64,000 nucleotides of DNA. Origin: Peribolospora baueri (taxonomy: Eukaryota). The first letter of the stretch is position 1; each line of letters starts with the position of its first letter. Of the stretch, positions 12,201-26,102 are shown one piece after another. The stretch is taken from the NCBI GenBank assembly GCA_029717555.1, contig JAMDHS010000088.1, positions 1-64,000 of the forward strand. The letters run 5' to 3'. Below the pieces are notes generated by a model, which saw only the letters and a list, made by a program, of their open reading frames with translations, did not search any database and had not been told where the DNA came from. A program made the translations under genes and the position numbers.

Positions 12201-13664
12201 GACAGCATTGGAGTGGACCAGCCGGAGTGGATCGAGGCTACGACCGTCGAGTCGGCCAAACAATTCGCTAACCGCGTCGGCTACCCTGTCCTCGTCCGAC
12301 CGTCCTACGTTCTCTCCGGTGCCGCGATGAATGTCATCTGGGACGAGAGTACGCTCGAGCACAATCTCTCTGCCGCCGCAGAAGTCTCCCCCGAGCACCC
12401 GTGCGTGTTGACCAAGTTCATCGACAACGCTCAGGAGATCGACGTCGACGCTGTCGCCTACAACGGCCAGCTCCTGCTGCACGCCGTGTCGGAACACGTG
12501 GAGAAGGCAGGCGTCCACTCTGGTGACGCCACGCTCGTTCTGCCTCCCTTCTCGCTCGACGAGTCAGACTTGGCGCGCTGCAAGACGATTGCGGAGAAGG
12601 TCGCCAAGGCGTTTGAAATCTCCGGTCCCTTCAACATGCAGATCATCCGCAAGCCGGCGGCGACAGAGGAAGGAGCCGAGCCGGAGCTCAAAGTGATCGA
12701 GTGCAACCTGCGTGCGTCGCGCTCCTTCCCCTTCGTGTCCAAGGTTCTCGGCACCAACTTTATCGACGCGGCCACTGCAGCCATCGTGGGCAAGGACGTG
12801 CCCGAGCCGGTGGACCTTATGGTCCAGAAGCGAGACTATGTGGCCATCAAGGTACCCCAATTCTCTTGGACCAGGCTGGGAGGCGCCGATCCCTTCCTTG
12901 GAGTCGGTAAGTGCCAAACCTCATAGAGGAGAGCCATTCAGAATTGCGATCTGACTGATGAGACCGACTTGTTCCTTGCCTACCGTTCCCGCAGAGATGG
13001 CCTCGACAGGAGAGATTGCTTCGTTCGGCAACGACGTTCACGAAGCTTACTGGGCTGCGATCCTCTCGCAGACCAACTTCCGCGTGCCTCAGGCCAACAA
13101 GGGTATGCTCATCGGCGGAGACGTGACCAAACCCGAGCTGACGGCCGTCGCAAAGGGTCTCTCCGGACTCGGCTTCCGACTGTACTGCTCGAGCCCAGTG
13201 GTGGAGGAATACCTGAATCAGATCCCGCACGTCACCGTCAAGCGCATTTTCTTCCCCACCAAGGACAAGCGCAAGCTGCATGAGGTGTTCGAAGAGCACG
13301 AAATTCAAGCCGTGTTCAACCTTGCCAAGTACCGTGGTAGGGACACGCTGGACGAGGACTATGTCGCTCGCCGCAATGCCGTCGACTTTGGGTGAGTTTG
13401 CCGTCCCAGTAGATCTTGCCTTGCTGCCATTAAGGGATCCAGACAGTGAGCTGACTAACCACCATGCTTGTCTTTTTCTTCTCCCCGGTCCATGTCATTC
13501 TCTCCGACGGTCGCAGTCTGCCGCTCTTCAACGAAGCTCGAACGGCTCTTCTGTTCGTCGAGACGCTCAGGAAAAAGATGCCTCAGGGAGCCCTGGAGGG
13601 CTATCGCGAAGGACGAATCCCCTCCGATGTTCGCCCTTGGCGAGAGTTTGTGCCGAACGCGTGA
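9294..13664 (+). CDS. CPA2: Arginine-specific carbamoyl-phosphate synthase large subunit, mitochondrial
   Basis: Mitochondrial-presequence-like N-terminus, then [81 protein letters not shown]. No GATase or ATCase domains. Confidence 0.96.
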
Positions 13665-13835
13665 CGGCTGGCTGCACGTTGGTCAACACGCTCCCGCTTC
13701 GCACCTTCCTCTCGTTTCCCGTCCTCTCCCTCTAATCCCCACATGCATCTCGCTTTGTCTCCCTTCTGTTTCCCGTGCTTCGTTCGCTGCCACCGCTCCT
13801 TCCTCGGATCGGATATTTTCTTAGCACGGTCGGAA

Positions 13836-16800
13836 TCATTTACGCTCGTACGGCGGGAGGAAGATATCAGGTTTCGTACACCTCGTCGTCCAGGTTTGAT
13901 CTCGTCTGTTTTTCCTATCAATGGGCGGAGGTTGGACCTGATTTGACGTCGCCCTTGAGCTGGAGGAAAAGTCTTCAAGTACGCTACGAGGACTGTACTC
14001 TGAGGAACATTGTATTGGCCTTGGAGCAATGCAATCGGCCGCTGTGCCTTCAGAACGGATCACATCCACCCATCTGCATACTCTTCCCAATGTCAGACGA
14101 TGGTCACGCAAAAACAACAACGTGTTCCCGTGCAGCATGACAACGGTGCCTACCGCTTCATATCTGACGATACATCTGACGGTACTTCAACCCGCACTAT
14201 CAGCTTCTGAAGCAGCTGGTCGACCCTGACCAGAAGAGCGTTCTGCTTGCGGATGGCTCGGTGGATCCGGTCTTGAAGAGCAGCTTGCTGGCCTTGTCCG
14301 TCTCCGACTGCTGTTCCCGCGCGCGTCTGCAAGTCCCTCAGCTTCTTTTTAATCTCCTCAACCTTTTGAACCTGCCTCGGGATCTCCCGCAATTGAAGAT
14401 ATAGTCGACCTTGAACCTCGTCCCCGGCAGCGATCAGCATTTTCACGCGTTGACGGTTGGCCTCCACAGTCTTGCCAAGGAAGCGCAGCCCTTCCGGCGT
14501 CATCGACAATGATCTGGACCCATCGCTGCCCACACTGACCAGATGCGCCTCTGTTCGCGGCGTAGCTGCAGATCGGAAAAGTTCCGGAACTTTGAACGGC
14601 GCCGAGCCCAAGAGAGAGACATAGCCGCCGTCGATGTCATCGCCGGCATCGAGGGAAGTCGATGACTCCTTTGGCGACGATCCGACACGAAGCGACTTCT
14701 CCGTGGCCGTCAGAGCAAGGTCTGCGGTGACAGCGAACAAGGCATATCCGAGGTAGACATCAGCCAGCACGCTAAAGCCGACTGTCGGCGACGGAGTTCT
14801 ACAGATCAATAATGGCGTCGCACGAAAAGAGGTGATTCGTGAGCATCAAGTTGTGGTGGAATGAAGCAAGCGGCTGCCAATGCATGGCAAGCATTCTTCA
14901 TAAGTGAACGAGCGCACTTACCTGCCGTTATCGCCGAGAGATCTGACTGCCCAAGTAACTTCGCACCCTCCTCGCTCCTGGACCACTCGTTCCAAACGAC
15001 TGTCGCTAGCCCCTGCCGAAAGGTCTTGCAAACTCTTTGTAGCCGGATGCAAGGACTTCTGCAAGCCAGAAATCGCAGGCCCAACATCAATCACATGGGC
15101 ACCCAAGGCGTGTTGGACGTAAAATGTGTCGCCGTAGAGGGGATCGGACACAAGCGAGGGATGACTGGAACTAAGGAGTTCGGCTACCGGAAACGAAGAC
15201 GCAGTCTTCGAACACAGGCCGAGATCCAATGATTCCCAGAGCAGCAGAGAGCGTGATGGCTGTTCTGACCAATCCTAAAAGCCAAAAGAAAGGCCACGCC
15301 ACCAAAATTGTAAGCAAGAATTAGCCATCTGCGGTGCGCGAAGCGCTAAAAGGTAACACATCTGATTAAAGGGCACCTACGTCTTCGTCCAGGCCCACCC
15401 TGCTCGCGTGATGGGTCCGTTCCCATTGAGCATCCACGCCATCCGAATCCAAGCAGATATCGACTCGTCCATTCGTGTAGGCTATTGCCAGGACGCCCGA
15501 ACCGGTGACCTCGTGAGAACTAGTGCCGACGCTGCGCGCGGCACCGTCCAAATCCAGGTGAAGAATGTCGGTTGCCAAACTTTCGCCTGCCACAGAGGAG
15601 TCACGAGCTGATGACTCGGGTTGCAAGAGGAAGGGACCTTGGATAGCCGGTCGAAGGCCCAAGACAGTGGTAGGTGCTTGAAGCACGAGCTCGTCTTCAA
15701 CCGATTCTTCGTCGCCTTGACAAAGAGGAGGAGTTCCGGCACCGAATCCTTCTTGCCATCGCCGCTTCGGGCCCTCTGCATCTCGAGCTTGTCGCACGAG
15801 AGCGTTGACGTATTTGAGCTGAACGCGATAGTTATCCGGACCGGCCCTTGTAGATGCATTGCAAAGAGACAGGGAAGCGATGCCTTCGAAAGCCTCATTG
15901 GCGAGCTCCGCGGGACTTTGACGAACGTGTGACCACAGGGCTGAGATATATATAGAAGGCACAGTACTTTTTGCCGACGAACATCCCACAGACCATGTAA
16001 TAAGGACGCCAGGTCGTCAGTTTCAGCCAGAAAAAGAATGCAGCAAACGACCGATGACTCACGCGCGCTTAGGCAAGAATGGTGCTTGAGCCCAGACATC
16101 TCCGTTCGCCATCAAGCAGTATACCGTAAATGGTCTCCAGTTTCCCACTATGGGTTGTCGTGATGTCCGATGTAAGCCAACGCCCAAAGTGAACGACACA
16201 GCGTTCATCTGGTCTGGGTCCAAGGCGCGAAATGAATTCCGTCGAAGCGAATGGTGCTCCCGTACGTAGGGAGATAGTTGGACGACCTGAGCGGGCTCGT
16301 CGGTGTCCTCGGCAACATCATATTCGCTGAAATGACCAGCCGACCCATGGAAAAAGTAAGCAAAGCTAGAAAAGGTCATGCAGAAATACCTAATCTTGCT
16401 CTGTCAACCCACCGAAGCAAGCCGTCTTTCGTCAGCACCAGTAGCGATGAGCCTTCGTGACCCCAGGGATGCCAAGAGATCTTAACAATGGGAGAAGAGT
16501 CGGAAGAGCCATGGAAGTGACCGATCGAGGTGCACCTAGAAGATTCGACGTTCACCAAATAAGAAAGAACATGTGAAATTAGACTAAAGTCGACGGCGCA
16601 GTTTTCGGACGAAGGGTGTCGTTATGTCGAAGCTCACCGAGATTTGATGACCGGCTCTGTTGATCTCCCGTACCCCGGCCGCGGCAAGACGACCAGCGCT
16701 ACATGATATGAACCAACGACAGCCAAAAGCTGTCCCGACGGGTTGAGAGCAAGTGATCGAGGCTTGAAGGTGATATCTGGCGTGTGCAAGGTCTATTCAC

Positions 16801-17161
16801 AGACGTGGTCGACCCAAAAGAAGAGAAAGCAGACGATGAATGTAGCACGGCTCCGCGAGCGAGATGCAACGTGAAAGAGGCGAACCTTGAATGAAAAGCG
16901 TTCCATCTTGGCCTCGAGAAGATTCGCCATCCTGATCTGCTTGCCGGCCACAATTATCAAATCTGTGTCGCGAACGACCATCAGCCCTCCCGGTTGGAGG
17001 GCGCCGGTAGGCTCCTCACGTCGGCCGTATGATGTTCGTGCGTTGTCATCTTGGCTAGCACTCTCGCGGACGAGAGGATGACTGGGAAGCGTGCTCAGCC
17101 ACGAAGTATCTGGAAGCTGGTCATCTGAGAGATCCCAGTGGTCCTCCAGAAACGACGTCAT
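13836..17161 (-). CDS. NUP82: Nucleoporin Nup82/Nup88 family (3' exon tentative)
   Basis: Beta-propeller motifs LMVVRDTDLIIVAG, IVKISWHPWGHEGSSLLVLTKDGLLR-EYDV, WRPFTVYCLMANGDVWAQAPFLP and IQGPFLLQPE, plus a C-terminal coiled coil. Confidence 0.85.
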
Positions 17162-17559
17162 ACTGAGCTCCCGAAGCGACGAGGGGAGTGAAGTGAATGG
17201 CGACCGAAAGAGGCGTGCACGCACACCAACCACGAGTCGAAGCACCTCTGCGAATCACGTGATACAATGGACTGCCTGCTGACAAAGCGGAGGAGCTTGG
17301 GAACGGATAGGCTGAGGTCGATAGAATGAATGCTGGAGGTGTGCGAGCCGGAGAGTTGATATAAGAGTTGCGGCGGCGCTGGTAACTCTCCCGTCAACCA
17401 CCATCGAGACAAGCAAAATAACACCGTGGTTCCTCCCTCCTGCCGACATGTCTGCTGCTCAACCAAACTTTCACTCCCAGCGATCACTTTCCGCGCCACG
17501 TAACGCCCACATCGCCTAGTTGCTGGTGCAGGCATTCACAGGCTGGCCCGGCCGTTACA

Positions 17560-18351
17560 ATGTCATCTCTCCCACTGACGCCCGTGCCCTCGGCTACGTC
17601 CACTCAGACCTGGTTTCTTCAGGACGTCGCTTGCTTCACAGATGGCCGCGAAGAGCTGGCCGGCCGTCCCAGCTCGTCTTCGTCGACACCAGCGCCACCA
17701 GCTCCGTGGGCTCGAGCTCAGTCATCAGCGCGACGCCGAAAGCGCGGCCTCGCCTTCGACCACGCTCTAGTCCGAATCCGAGTCCGCGGACAGAGTCCGA
17801 TTTGCCCTTGCCGCCGCTCAGCGCTCCACCATGGAAGACCAGCATGGTGGAAGAGGCAGAAGCCGAGCAACCTGAGCATGGCAGAGGACACGGAAGCCAA
17901 CGGGGCTCGGACTTCGTACTCACACTCCCAGGCTGCTTCTAGGGTGTCTGCCGGCGAAAAATCTTCGACGGGCAGCAACGGCAGCGGCTCCGGGCTTGGG
18001 CTCGGGAGGAGGAACAGCTTGAGCGATTTGAGGATCCCGCCGAGGATCAGTCCGGCGCAAAGCGGGATTCGGCAGGACGTCATGTACTTCAGGGAGTTTG
18101 CTAGGGGCATCGAAGGTAGGTTCAACCGCGGCCTGCGGCGCTTGGGTGACCCCGAGAAATTGCGTCCTAAAAGGTTTAAAACTTTTGCTACCCTTCTTCG
18201 CTTGTTCTATCTATGGTCCTGACCGTCGTCCTCTCCACACCTTTCCCATTCAAACGATAAGATGCTTACGATTATTTCTCTCTTTCCAGCTCTCAGCGCA
18301 GTCAACCGAACTCTTTCAATGATCCGGACTGCCACGATCGCCGCTTCATGA
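17560..18351 (+). pseudogene. Fragment of a conserved basidiomycete hypothetical protein
   Basis: The motif RRNSLSDLRIPPRISPAQSGIRQDVMYFREFARGIE recalls a basidiomycete-conserved block (LKIPxRISxAQxGLRRDLxxVREFA). It is followed by a GT-AG intron and an early stop next to a retroelement. Confidence 0.4.
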
Positions 18352-18539
18352 GGGGTCAGACCAAGTTGCGACACGCGACGAACGCGCCAAACATCATCGC
18401 GTACTCAATCGATGGATTGGGAGGAAGAACTTTGTCCTCCGATCCTACAGATTGAGCGGGTGAGCGAGTTCTTCGCACTGCTCCCGCGCTCCGCAGGCCT
18501 GATGATTCGATACTTCGGGAGTGAGAGAACTCGATTACC

Positions 18540-21500
18540 CGTACCGCACAGATGTAGCGAGCCGATCTAGGCGATACGACGACGAAGCGAGCTTTAGCAG
18601 CGCGTAACCTGGCAACGGTCCAAGGGAGACGTCCGCAGGCGGGCAGCGAGCCGTTTTACGGGTTCGCTGTGTGGTTGAGCCCGAGCGCCGGCGCGAAGGG
18701 CGAAGCCGAGGTGCCAGGTGAGAGCCTGCGTACTGTGCCTGCGAAGCGGGAGCGGCGCGGCGGAAGGAGCGTGACGGGACGGAGACAGTGGGTGGAAAAA
18801 CGCTGGCGATTTCAGAGCTCCTGATGGCCCTGCCACGAGGACATGGCTGGGACGACCGCGCTGGAGATGAACAGGCTTGTGCTGTGGAAGATCTTGGCCG
18901 CATCGTCCGTGTCGACGTAGCGCTTGTAGCAATCGCTAGACCAACGACCGAGGAGCTGGATGTCGTGGTCGGAGAGGCCGATTGCTGAGGCCCAAGTAGC
19001 GGCCCCTCGACGAAAAAAGTGACCAGCGAATCCGGCTGCGGCGTGACCGGCGCGGCGCAAGCATTCCCGGAGGACGCGGAGAAGGACGCGCGGGAGAACG
19101 ACGGGGTCGTCGTTTGCGCGACAAAAAGCGGCGCCAGCGGGCCCGCCGTCGCTCGGAGAGCGTGGAGGTCGCGGAGGGCGGCGAAGGGACAGGCCGGGGA
19201 GTCGGTTTTCGGGACGACGAGCGGCAACCGCGGCAAAACGGGTCGGTTTTGCTGGCGGGGAGGTTGACGAAGGCGTACCGGCCGGCAAGAGACATCGCCG
19301 ACTTTGAAGGAGAAGCGTCTGTCGAAGGGGACCTCCCAAGTGATCTCAGCGCATCGCAGGAAGCAGGCGAAGGACAGGGAGAATGCGCAGCGGTAGACGA
19401 CCTTGGCGGGACCGGCGACGACGTCGGGGAGGTGGCGGAGGATGTCGATGAGGATTGGAAGCGCGATCGGGAGGCGACCTCGGGTCGCCGACTCGCCGTG
19501 CCAACGCTTGATACCCTGGACGAGCCGTTCGACCGACGGTGCTGAGAGGGCGGAGGCGTCCAGGCCGAGGGTCGACGTGCCACGATCGGAGGGCGGCGAG
19601 GGACGATTTGATGGACCGGGCCGATTGCCTTGGGGGGAGGGAGACGACCCATTGCTGCACGTGAGCAAGCTGGGCGAGGAAGATCGCCTCGTCGCCTTCC
19701 GTCTCCGCGGCCACCTGTGGAGGCATCACCACTTGGTCGTGCACGTCGACAACGAGCAGGTCCGCCTCGGCCTCCTATCCGGCTGTTCCCGTCACCCCTC
19801 GCCCCAAGCGGTCATCCGCGAGATCTTCCTCGCAGCCGCCCAGGGGAATTCACGTTCGAACCCGTCCGGGTCACGAGCCAGGCGAACGTCTTAGCCGATT
19901 CGCTTTCCCGGTTCGAGTTCGCTAAGGTCGCCGCGCTCTTCCCTTCGGCTTTTTCGCAGCTCCGGCTCTACCACCTCCCCCTCCTCTAGGGCTGGTTTTG
20001 GAACGCGGTACCGGCCGGGCCCTGAACGACGCAGAGCGCAACCGACCGCATCGTATAGTTGGCGACAGAAAGCGCGGCCGAGGGGATGACGCGGCAGGCC
20101 CAGTTGAGAAGGCCAGCGACGGACTGCAGTTCGGCGGCAGTAGCGGTGCGTCGCACCTGGATATCGTAGAGCAGCGCCGAGGTGCGATCGCGTTTTTCGG
20201 GTGATAAACGCATCACCATGGAGGGCACGTCGAACTCGATGCCGAGGACCTCGACTGTCTGCCCAAAGAAGGTTTTCTTCTCGGAGATAACGAGACCGAG
20301 AGCGAGAGCAACGCCTTGGAGGAAGGTAAGAGCCGTGCGGACCGCGTTGCCGTCGGTCGTCGCGCCGAAGTTGTCGTCGAGGTAGTGGGAGACGACGAGG
20401 CCGAACGAGTCGAGGATCCAGTGGAAAGCTTCAGCGACGAGGTTGAAGATGAACGGGCTCGATTTCCCTCCGAAGGAGAGGCAGTGATCGTTTTAGAGCT
20501 GACCGCCGAGCTCGAAACCGAAGAGAGGGGAGTTGGAGATATCGAGAGGGAGTTGTCGAAAAGCGTCCGTGAGGTCCGACTTCCAGATGAACGCGGCGGG
20601 ACCGTAGGAGCGGAGATAGTCGCATAGAGCGTCGAGGGACTCGTACTGTAAGGAAGAAACCGCGTCGGAGGGGATGCCGTCGTTGATGGAAGGCCGGTTG
20701 GGGTGGCGAGGGTGGGAGAGGTGATGAATAACGCGCCATCCTGACCCGTAGGGCTTGGGAACGACGCCGATCGGGGAGCAGACGAGGCCCGGAGTGTCGT
20801 GAACGACCCGTGAGATCTGACCGGCAGCCAGGCGGGCGCTTGTCCGGGCGCGGACGACCTGGAGGACGTCCGTTGACATGGGGAGGTTGGGGGAGGGTCG
20901 GCGGCCCTTGTGACGAAGCGGCCCGCTGTAACCGACCTTGGCTCCATGTCGCATGAGTCCGAGTAGCTGTGTGACGAACAGCTGGTCGGGGTAGTCGGCG
21001 AGGAGCGCTTCCCAGACGGCGGTGCAGGGGGAGCTGCGCATCGCTGGCTGAGAGTCGGGGTCGAAAAGAGGGAAGTCGACTTTGGTGTTTGGGCGGGCCG
21101 GCGGGAGGCGACGCGGGAGGGAGAGGAGGAGCGTTGTCCAAGCATCAACGTCGTCGGGTGGCGGGAAGCCAGTCAACGGAGAGCCGGAAGAGTTGTAGGA
21201 ACCTCGCTGAAAGGCGAAATCGGGGAGACGTAGGAGTCGAAAGAGGTGTGGGGACCTGGGTGATGGGTGGTGTGGAAACCGGTCCAGGCGTCGGCGTCGT
21301 CGGGTGGCGGGAAGCCAGTCGCCGGGAGAGCCGGACGAGGCGTAGGAACCTCGCGGAAAGGCGGTGTTGGAACCGGGGAGGCGTAGGTAGAAACCGGTCA
21401 AAGCGTCGGCGTCGTCCGGTGGCGGGAAGCCGGTCACTGGGGGGGCCGGACGAGGTGTAGAAACCTCGCTGAAAGACGGTGAAGAGGAGGCGACGACTTG

Positions 21501-22290
21501 CAAGCGAGCGACCGCGGAGGGGGAGCGACGGCTTGTAGGCGAGCGGTCTGAGGACACGATTTTGGAGAATTGAGGGACGCTGACCCGCGAGTCGTGTACC
21601 GTGAAACGCCCGTCCTCGATAGCGAGGCGCTTGTCGGAAAGGGCCGCTTTGCCCATGATGTGCGAGTCGGGGCTGGCGATAGCGGGGCTTGCTGTGGGAA
21701 AAAGCGTAGACGGGGCCTGTGCTTGCGCGGCCGGGATGAGCGTCGGCCGGGCTGGCGTGGGGTGATGGGGATCGCCGCAGGGAAGGGCAGGGGATGTGTC
21801 GGAGGTGGAGTAGCCGGGTCGGGTTGGGGGAGGGGCGGTAGCTGCTGAGCGGCTCGCTGTGAGCGCATCTCGGCGACGAGGTCCTGGAGCTGATCAAGCT
21901 TTGCTTCGACGGCAGCGAGCTTGTCCGGGCTGTCGTCCTGGCGGCTTAGCTCTGCTGCTCCCTCTGGTCGTCTTCACCGGGGACGTCGGTGGGTTCGGGC
22001 TCGGGGCAGGTGTCGCGACACGTAGCGCAGTGCCAGTAGCCATTCTTCGGTGTCGAGACGCTCTTGCGGAAGTACCGCTTGGGGTAGGTGTTCTTGCACC
22101 GACGGCAGGTGCGCGTAGTCCGAACCGGGGCCATTCGGGGGGGAACAAGACGGGGGTGAGGGGAAAAAGCAAGGCAGTACTAGAGGGAGAGGCCAGAAGG
22201 GCTAAAGCATAGATGAAGGAGAGGAAGAGGAGGAGGAGGGAGTGGAGACGACGCGCGCAGAGCAGAGGGCGCGACGAAACATCACGTGAC
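18540..22290 (-). mobile_element. Degenerate tyrosine-recombinase retrotransposon (DIRS order, Ngaro-like)
   Basis: Minus strand carries ORF1/gag-like sequence (about 22134-21150), RT (WRVIHHLSHP...SINDGI...WKSDLTDAFRQLP...YLDD) and YR (FACFLRCAEI...GHFFRRGAATWA...IQLLGRWSSDCYKRY). RNase H lies at about 19690-19980. Many frameshifts, and termini are approximate. Confidence 0.93.
21148..21482. repeat. Three dispersed ~70-bp direct repeats inside the retroelement ORF1/RT junction
   Basis: CGTCGTC(G/C)GGTGGCGGGAAGCC...GTAG(G/A)AACCTCGC(T/G)GAAAG recurs at about 21149, 21295 and 21410. Confidence 0.85.
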
Positions 22291-22865
22291 CAAGATTAAT
22301 TCATCATTCCATCTTGTTCGTTCCTGCTGCGGTCGTCCTCCGCATTGCGAACCTCGGGCACAGCGTCGAGGCGGGGAAGGGAGACAGACCCGAGCAGGCA
22401 CGCCCATCTGCGCTGCGCTACCGGAGACGACACGACGGACGGACAGGAACGCGTTCGTTGGGCTATCGACGCGATCACTAGACCTACCCTGACGACCGAC
22501 CGACCGAGACGCAGGCGTTCCTCGCCCATCCACTAGCATTGGCTGGCCTCAGCGCTCGCCTCGCCAGCCCATTGGCACTACCACCTTGGGTCCGCCCGCG
22601 CACGGGCCACCCGAAGCCGAAGTCGAAGCCGACCAGGTACAAGAAAGGACGGAAGGGAGGACGAGGAGTGGACGATGGGGGGTAGGGAAGAAGGCTTAAA
22701 AGGACGGTTGTCCTCCGCCCTTTTTTTCCCTCTTTCCTTCCTCACGACAGCCCCAGCCCTTGTCACTGTACTCTAGCCCTCCCTCGCTCGTCCTTCGCCC
22801 TCCTCCACGGCTCTGTCGCTCTCCAAAATGAAGGCGCCGACTCTCCTCATTCGCCCCTTCGACGA

Positions 22866-22994
22866 CGACGCTCACGCCCCTTCTCTTCTCTGTTCTGCTC
22901 TGCTCCACTTTCGTCCTTCTCCCCCCAGGTCGACGCTCACCCCCCTCTCTTCTCTGTTCTGCTCTGCTCCACTTTCTTCCTTCTCCTCCCAGGT
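22866..22994. repeat. ~65-bp tandem duplication of a polypyrimidine/acceptor-like tract
   Basis: CGACGCTCAC...CTCTTCTCTGTTCTGCTCTGCTCCACTTTC...CCCAGGT occurs twice back to back. Confidence 0.9.
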
Positions 22995-23296
22995 CGCCGC
23001 CATCATCGCTCTCGTCGCGAACGCCGTCGGGCATCCCAAGCGCAGCGAGACCGATACCGGCACCTTTTCAAACGCCAGGGAGATCAGTCCGGTCAGTGCA
23101 AGAACGAAATTTGCTATGGACATGGATATGTCTCGTAGCCGCTCGTCATGACCCGTCTCATCTCGGCAACGCCAATGATTTCTGAAGGGCCTGGCATCAC
23201 AGATCCTCCTGTCTTACGACAATTCCAGCGCATATACCTACCGCGTCGGTCGTTCGCCAGGTCGAGATCCTGGTATTTTGTCCGATGTAGGCAGAA

Positions 23297-24240
<944 letters not shown>

Positions 24241-25929
24241 TGCGCCGGATATGTGGGCTCAGCGCTCGGTGTTTTCGCATTGGCCCAGCTGGTCCTCGAA
24301 CCTACCAAGAGGCTCAGATCAAAATCTTTCAAATCGGCGGGCCTTTCCACGACTGTCAAGGTGATCGTTAGTGTTGGCGGTCCCTGCGTTTCCTAACATG
24401 ATTGAGTCAAGCCTATCGGCTTCCAGCAGCAAAACGACGACGAGTCCAAGGCAGAGCAGGCGCAAAGTGCAAAAGACGGCTCTCCTCCGATAACCGGCCC
24501 ATGTTGGTGCGGCAAAAAGGTATCGGTAACTTGAGACACACTTCAAGCATGAGGTTTGCCACGACTATATGCGTTCTATTCGATTGTGATCTGTCACTGC
24601 ACACCACTCACGCGCTTTGCTCTCTCCGCTCCTTCCACCAATGGCTAGTCTTATGTATGACAAGCTGCTACACGCCTAAGGCTGGGTTCCTGGAGACGAG
24701 AGCCTGTCCAACGTGCTGCAAAGGTATAGATAACGGTCGACTGAGCGCCTACGACGAGAAGTGATTCCGGCTCGTAGGCCTCGTGCAGGTCCACCATCGT
24801 TTTCACATCCACACTCCCCTTCCGGACCCCCCAACCCCTTCTGCCCGTCCTCCAAGATGCCCAGGTTGCCCATCAACGTCAACCCTTCGTCCATCCCTCT
24901 CAGCTCCCCTCTCCTTCACAGCCGTCTCTCGCACCCTTTGGACGACATTCGCACAAATGTTGTAGTTTATGCATGCATGTCCTATTCATCTAGGGTATGA
25001 ACAGCCTGTCAGATGTTTTGTACGAATGTTGTGCACGGGGAAAGGGGGAGGAGTATGGAGACCAATTAGGTAGGCACTGAGCGTATCGATTTATGAGAAG
25101 GTGCCTCGATGCCCTCACAGTTGCAACCTGACTATCTAGAGAGCATTGTGTGGCTTGTGTAAGAAAGAGACTCACCCTTTCTAGACAGAGGGAAAAAAAA
25201 GTATTTCTTAGATTGGTCGATGGGACAGTAAAAAAAGTTCGCGACGTGACCATCACTTTTCCAGTAACGGCCTGCATTGGAAAAATCCTCTTGGGCAATG
25301 AAAAAGATTTTGGGGCTACCAGAAGGTCGTAAATTTTATGCGCATGAACTTCTTTCTCAAAAGTCTGCTAGCAGGCAGTCGAACCCTGAACTCTTGTGGA
25401 TGGGCCGATCACCTCTCACTCAGTTCATTGTAATTATCTGCTATTGGTAGTTCAGGGAATATATTATTCACACAGTGCGCGTATGCCCGCCGGAGCTCAA
25501 AAATGGACCGATTTATTTTGTGATCGACGACGTAGCCGTCAGTGAGACAGATCAAACTTGTACGTCTCCTTCCCGTGAGGTTGAAAAAAAAAACCATTTT
25601 GTTTCTCAGCGTGAGCATTACGTGACACGAAAAAACTGAGAGCAGATGGAATTTGCAACCATCGGATTTTTAATGACGTTGACTGGATGAGTGAATGGAC
25701 TGTTCGTATTTTATGGCTCGGCGAGATGGTGGGAGACGGATTTCGTGTTTGTGCCAGTGTGGTAAAGCTACTACATATGGAAGTGTTGCGAAATGTCGGG
25801 CCAGTGGCCAGTAGAATTGTGGGCGCTGTCGGGTAGACTGATTCCCCGACTGCATACAGACGAGGACGTTTAGGAACGATATTATCCGAAAGGTGGAGAA
25901 GATACGGTTGCCCATGCACATAACGTTGA

Positions 25930-26028
25930 TGTCAGTGTCATGCTCTCTTCTCTTCCTGAAAAAAAAAAGAAAAAAAAAAAAACAGTAATCAAGTTGTCCA
26001 CATGTAGGGACGAGGGCATATAGGTCTC

Positions 26029-26102
<74 letters not shown>

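Noticed and set aside
18490..18540. CTGATGA near the retroelement end as a possible hammerhead ribozyme core
   Set aside because: No properly placed GAAA or stems I-III found by eye.
18540..22800. Split direct repeats or ITRs of the YR retroelement
   Set aside because: Could not match terminal repeats by eye, so termini are left approximate.
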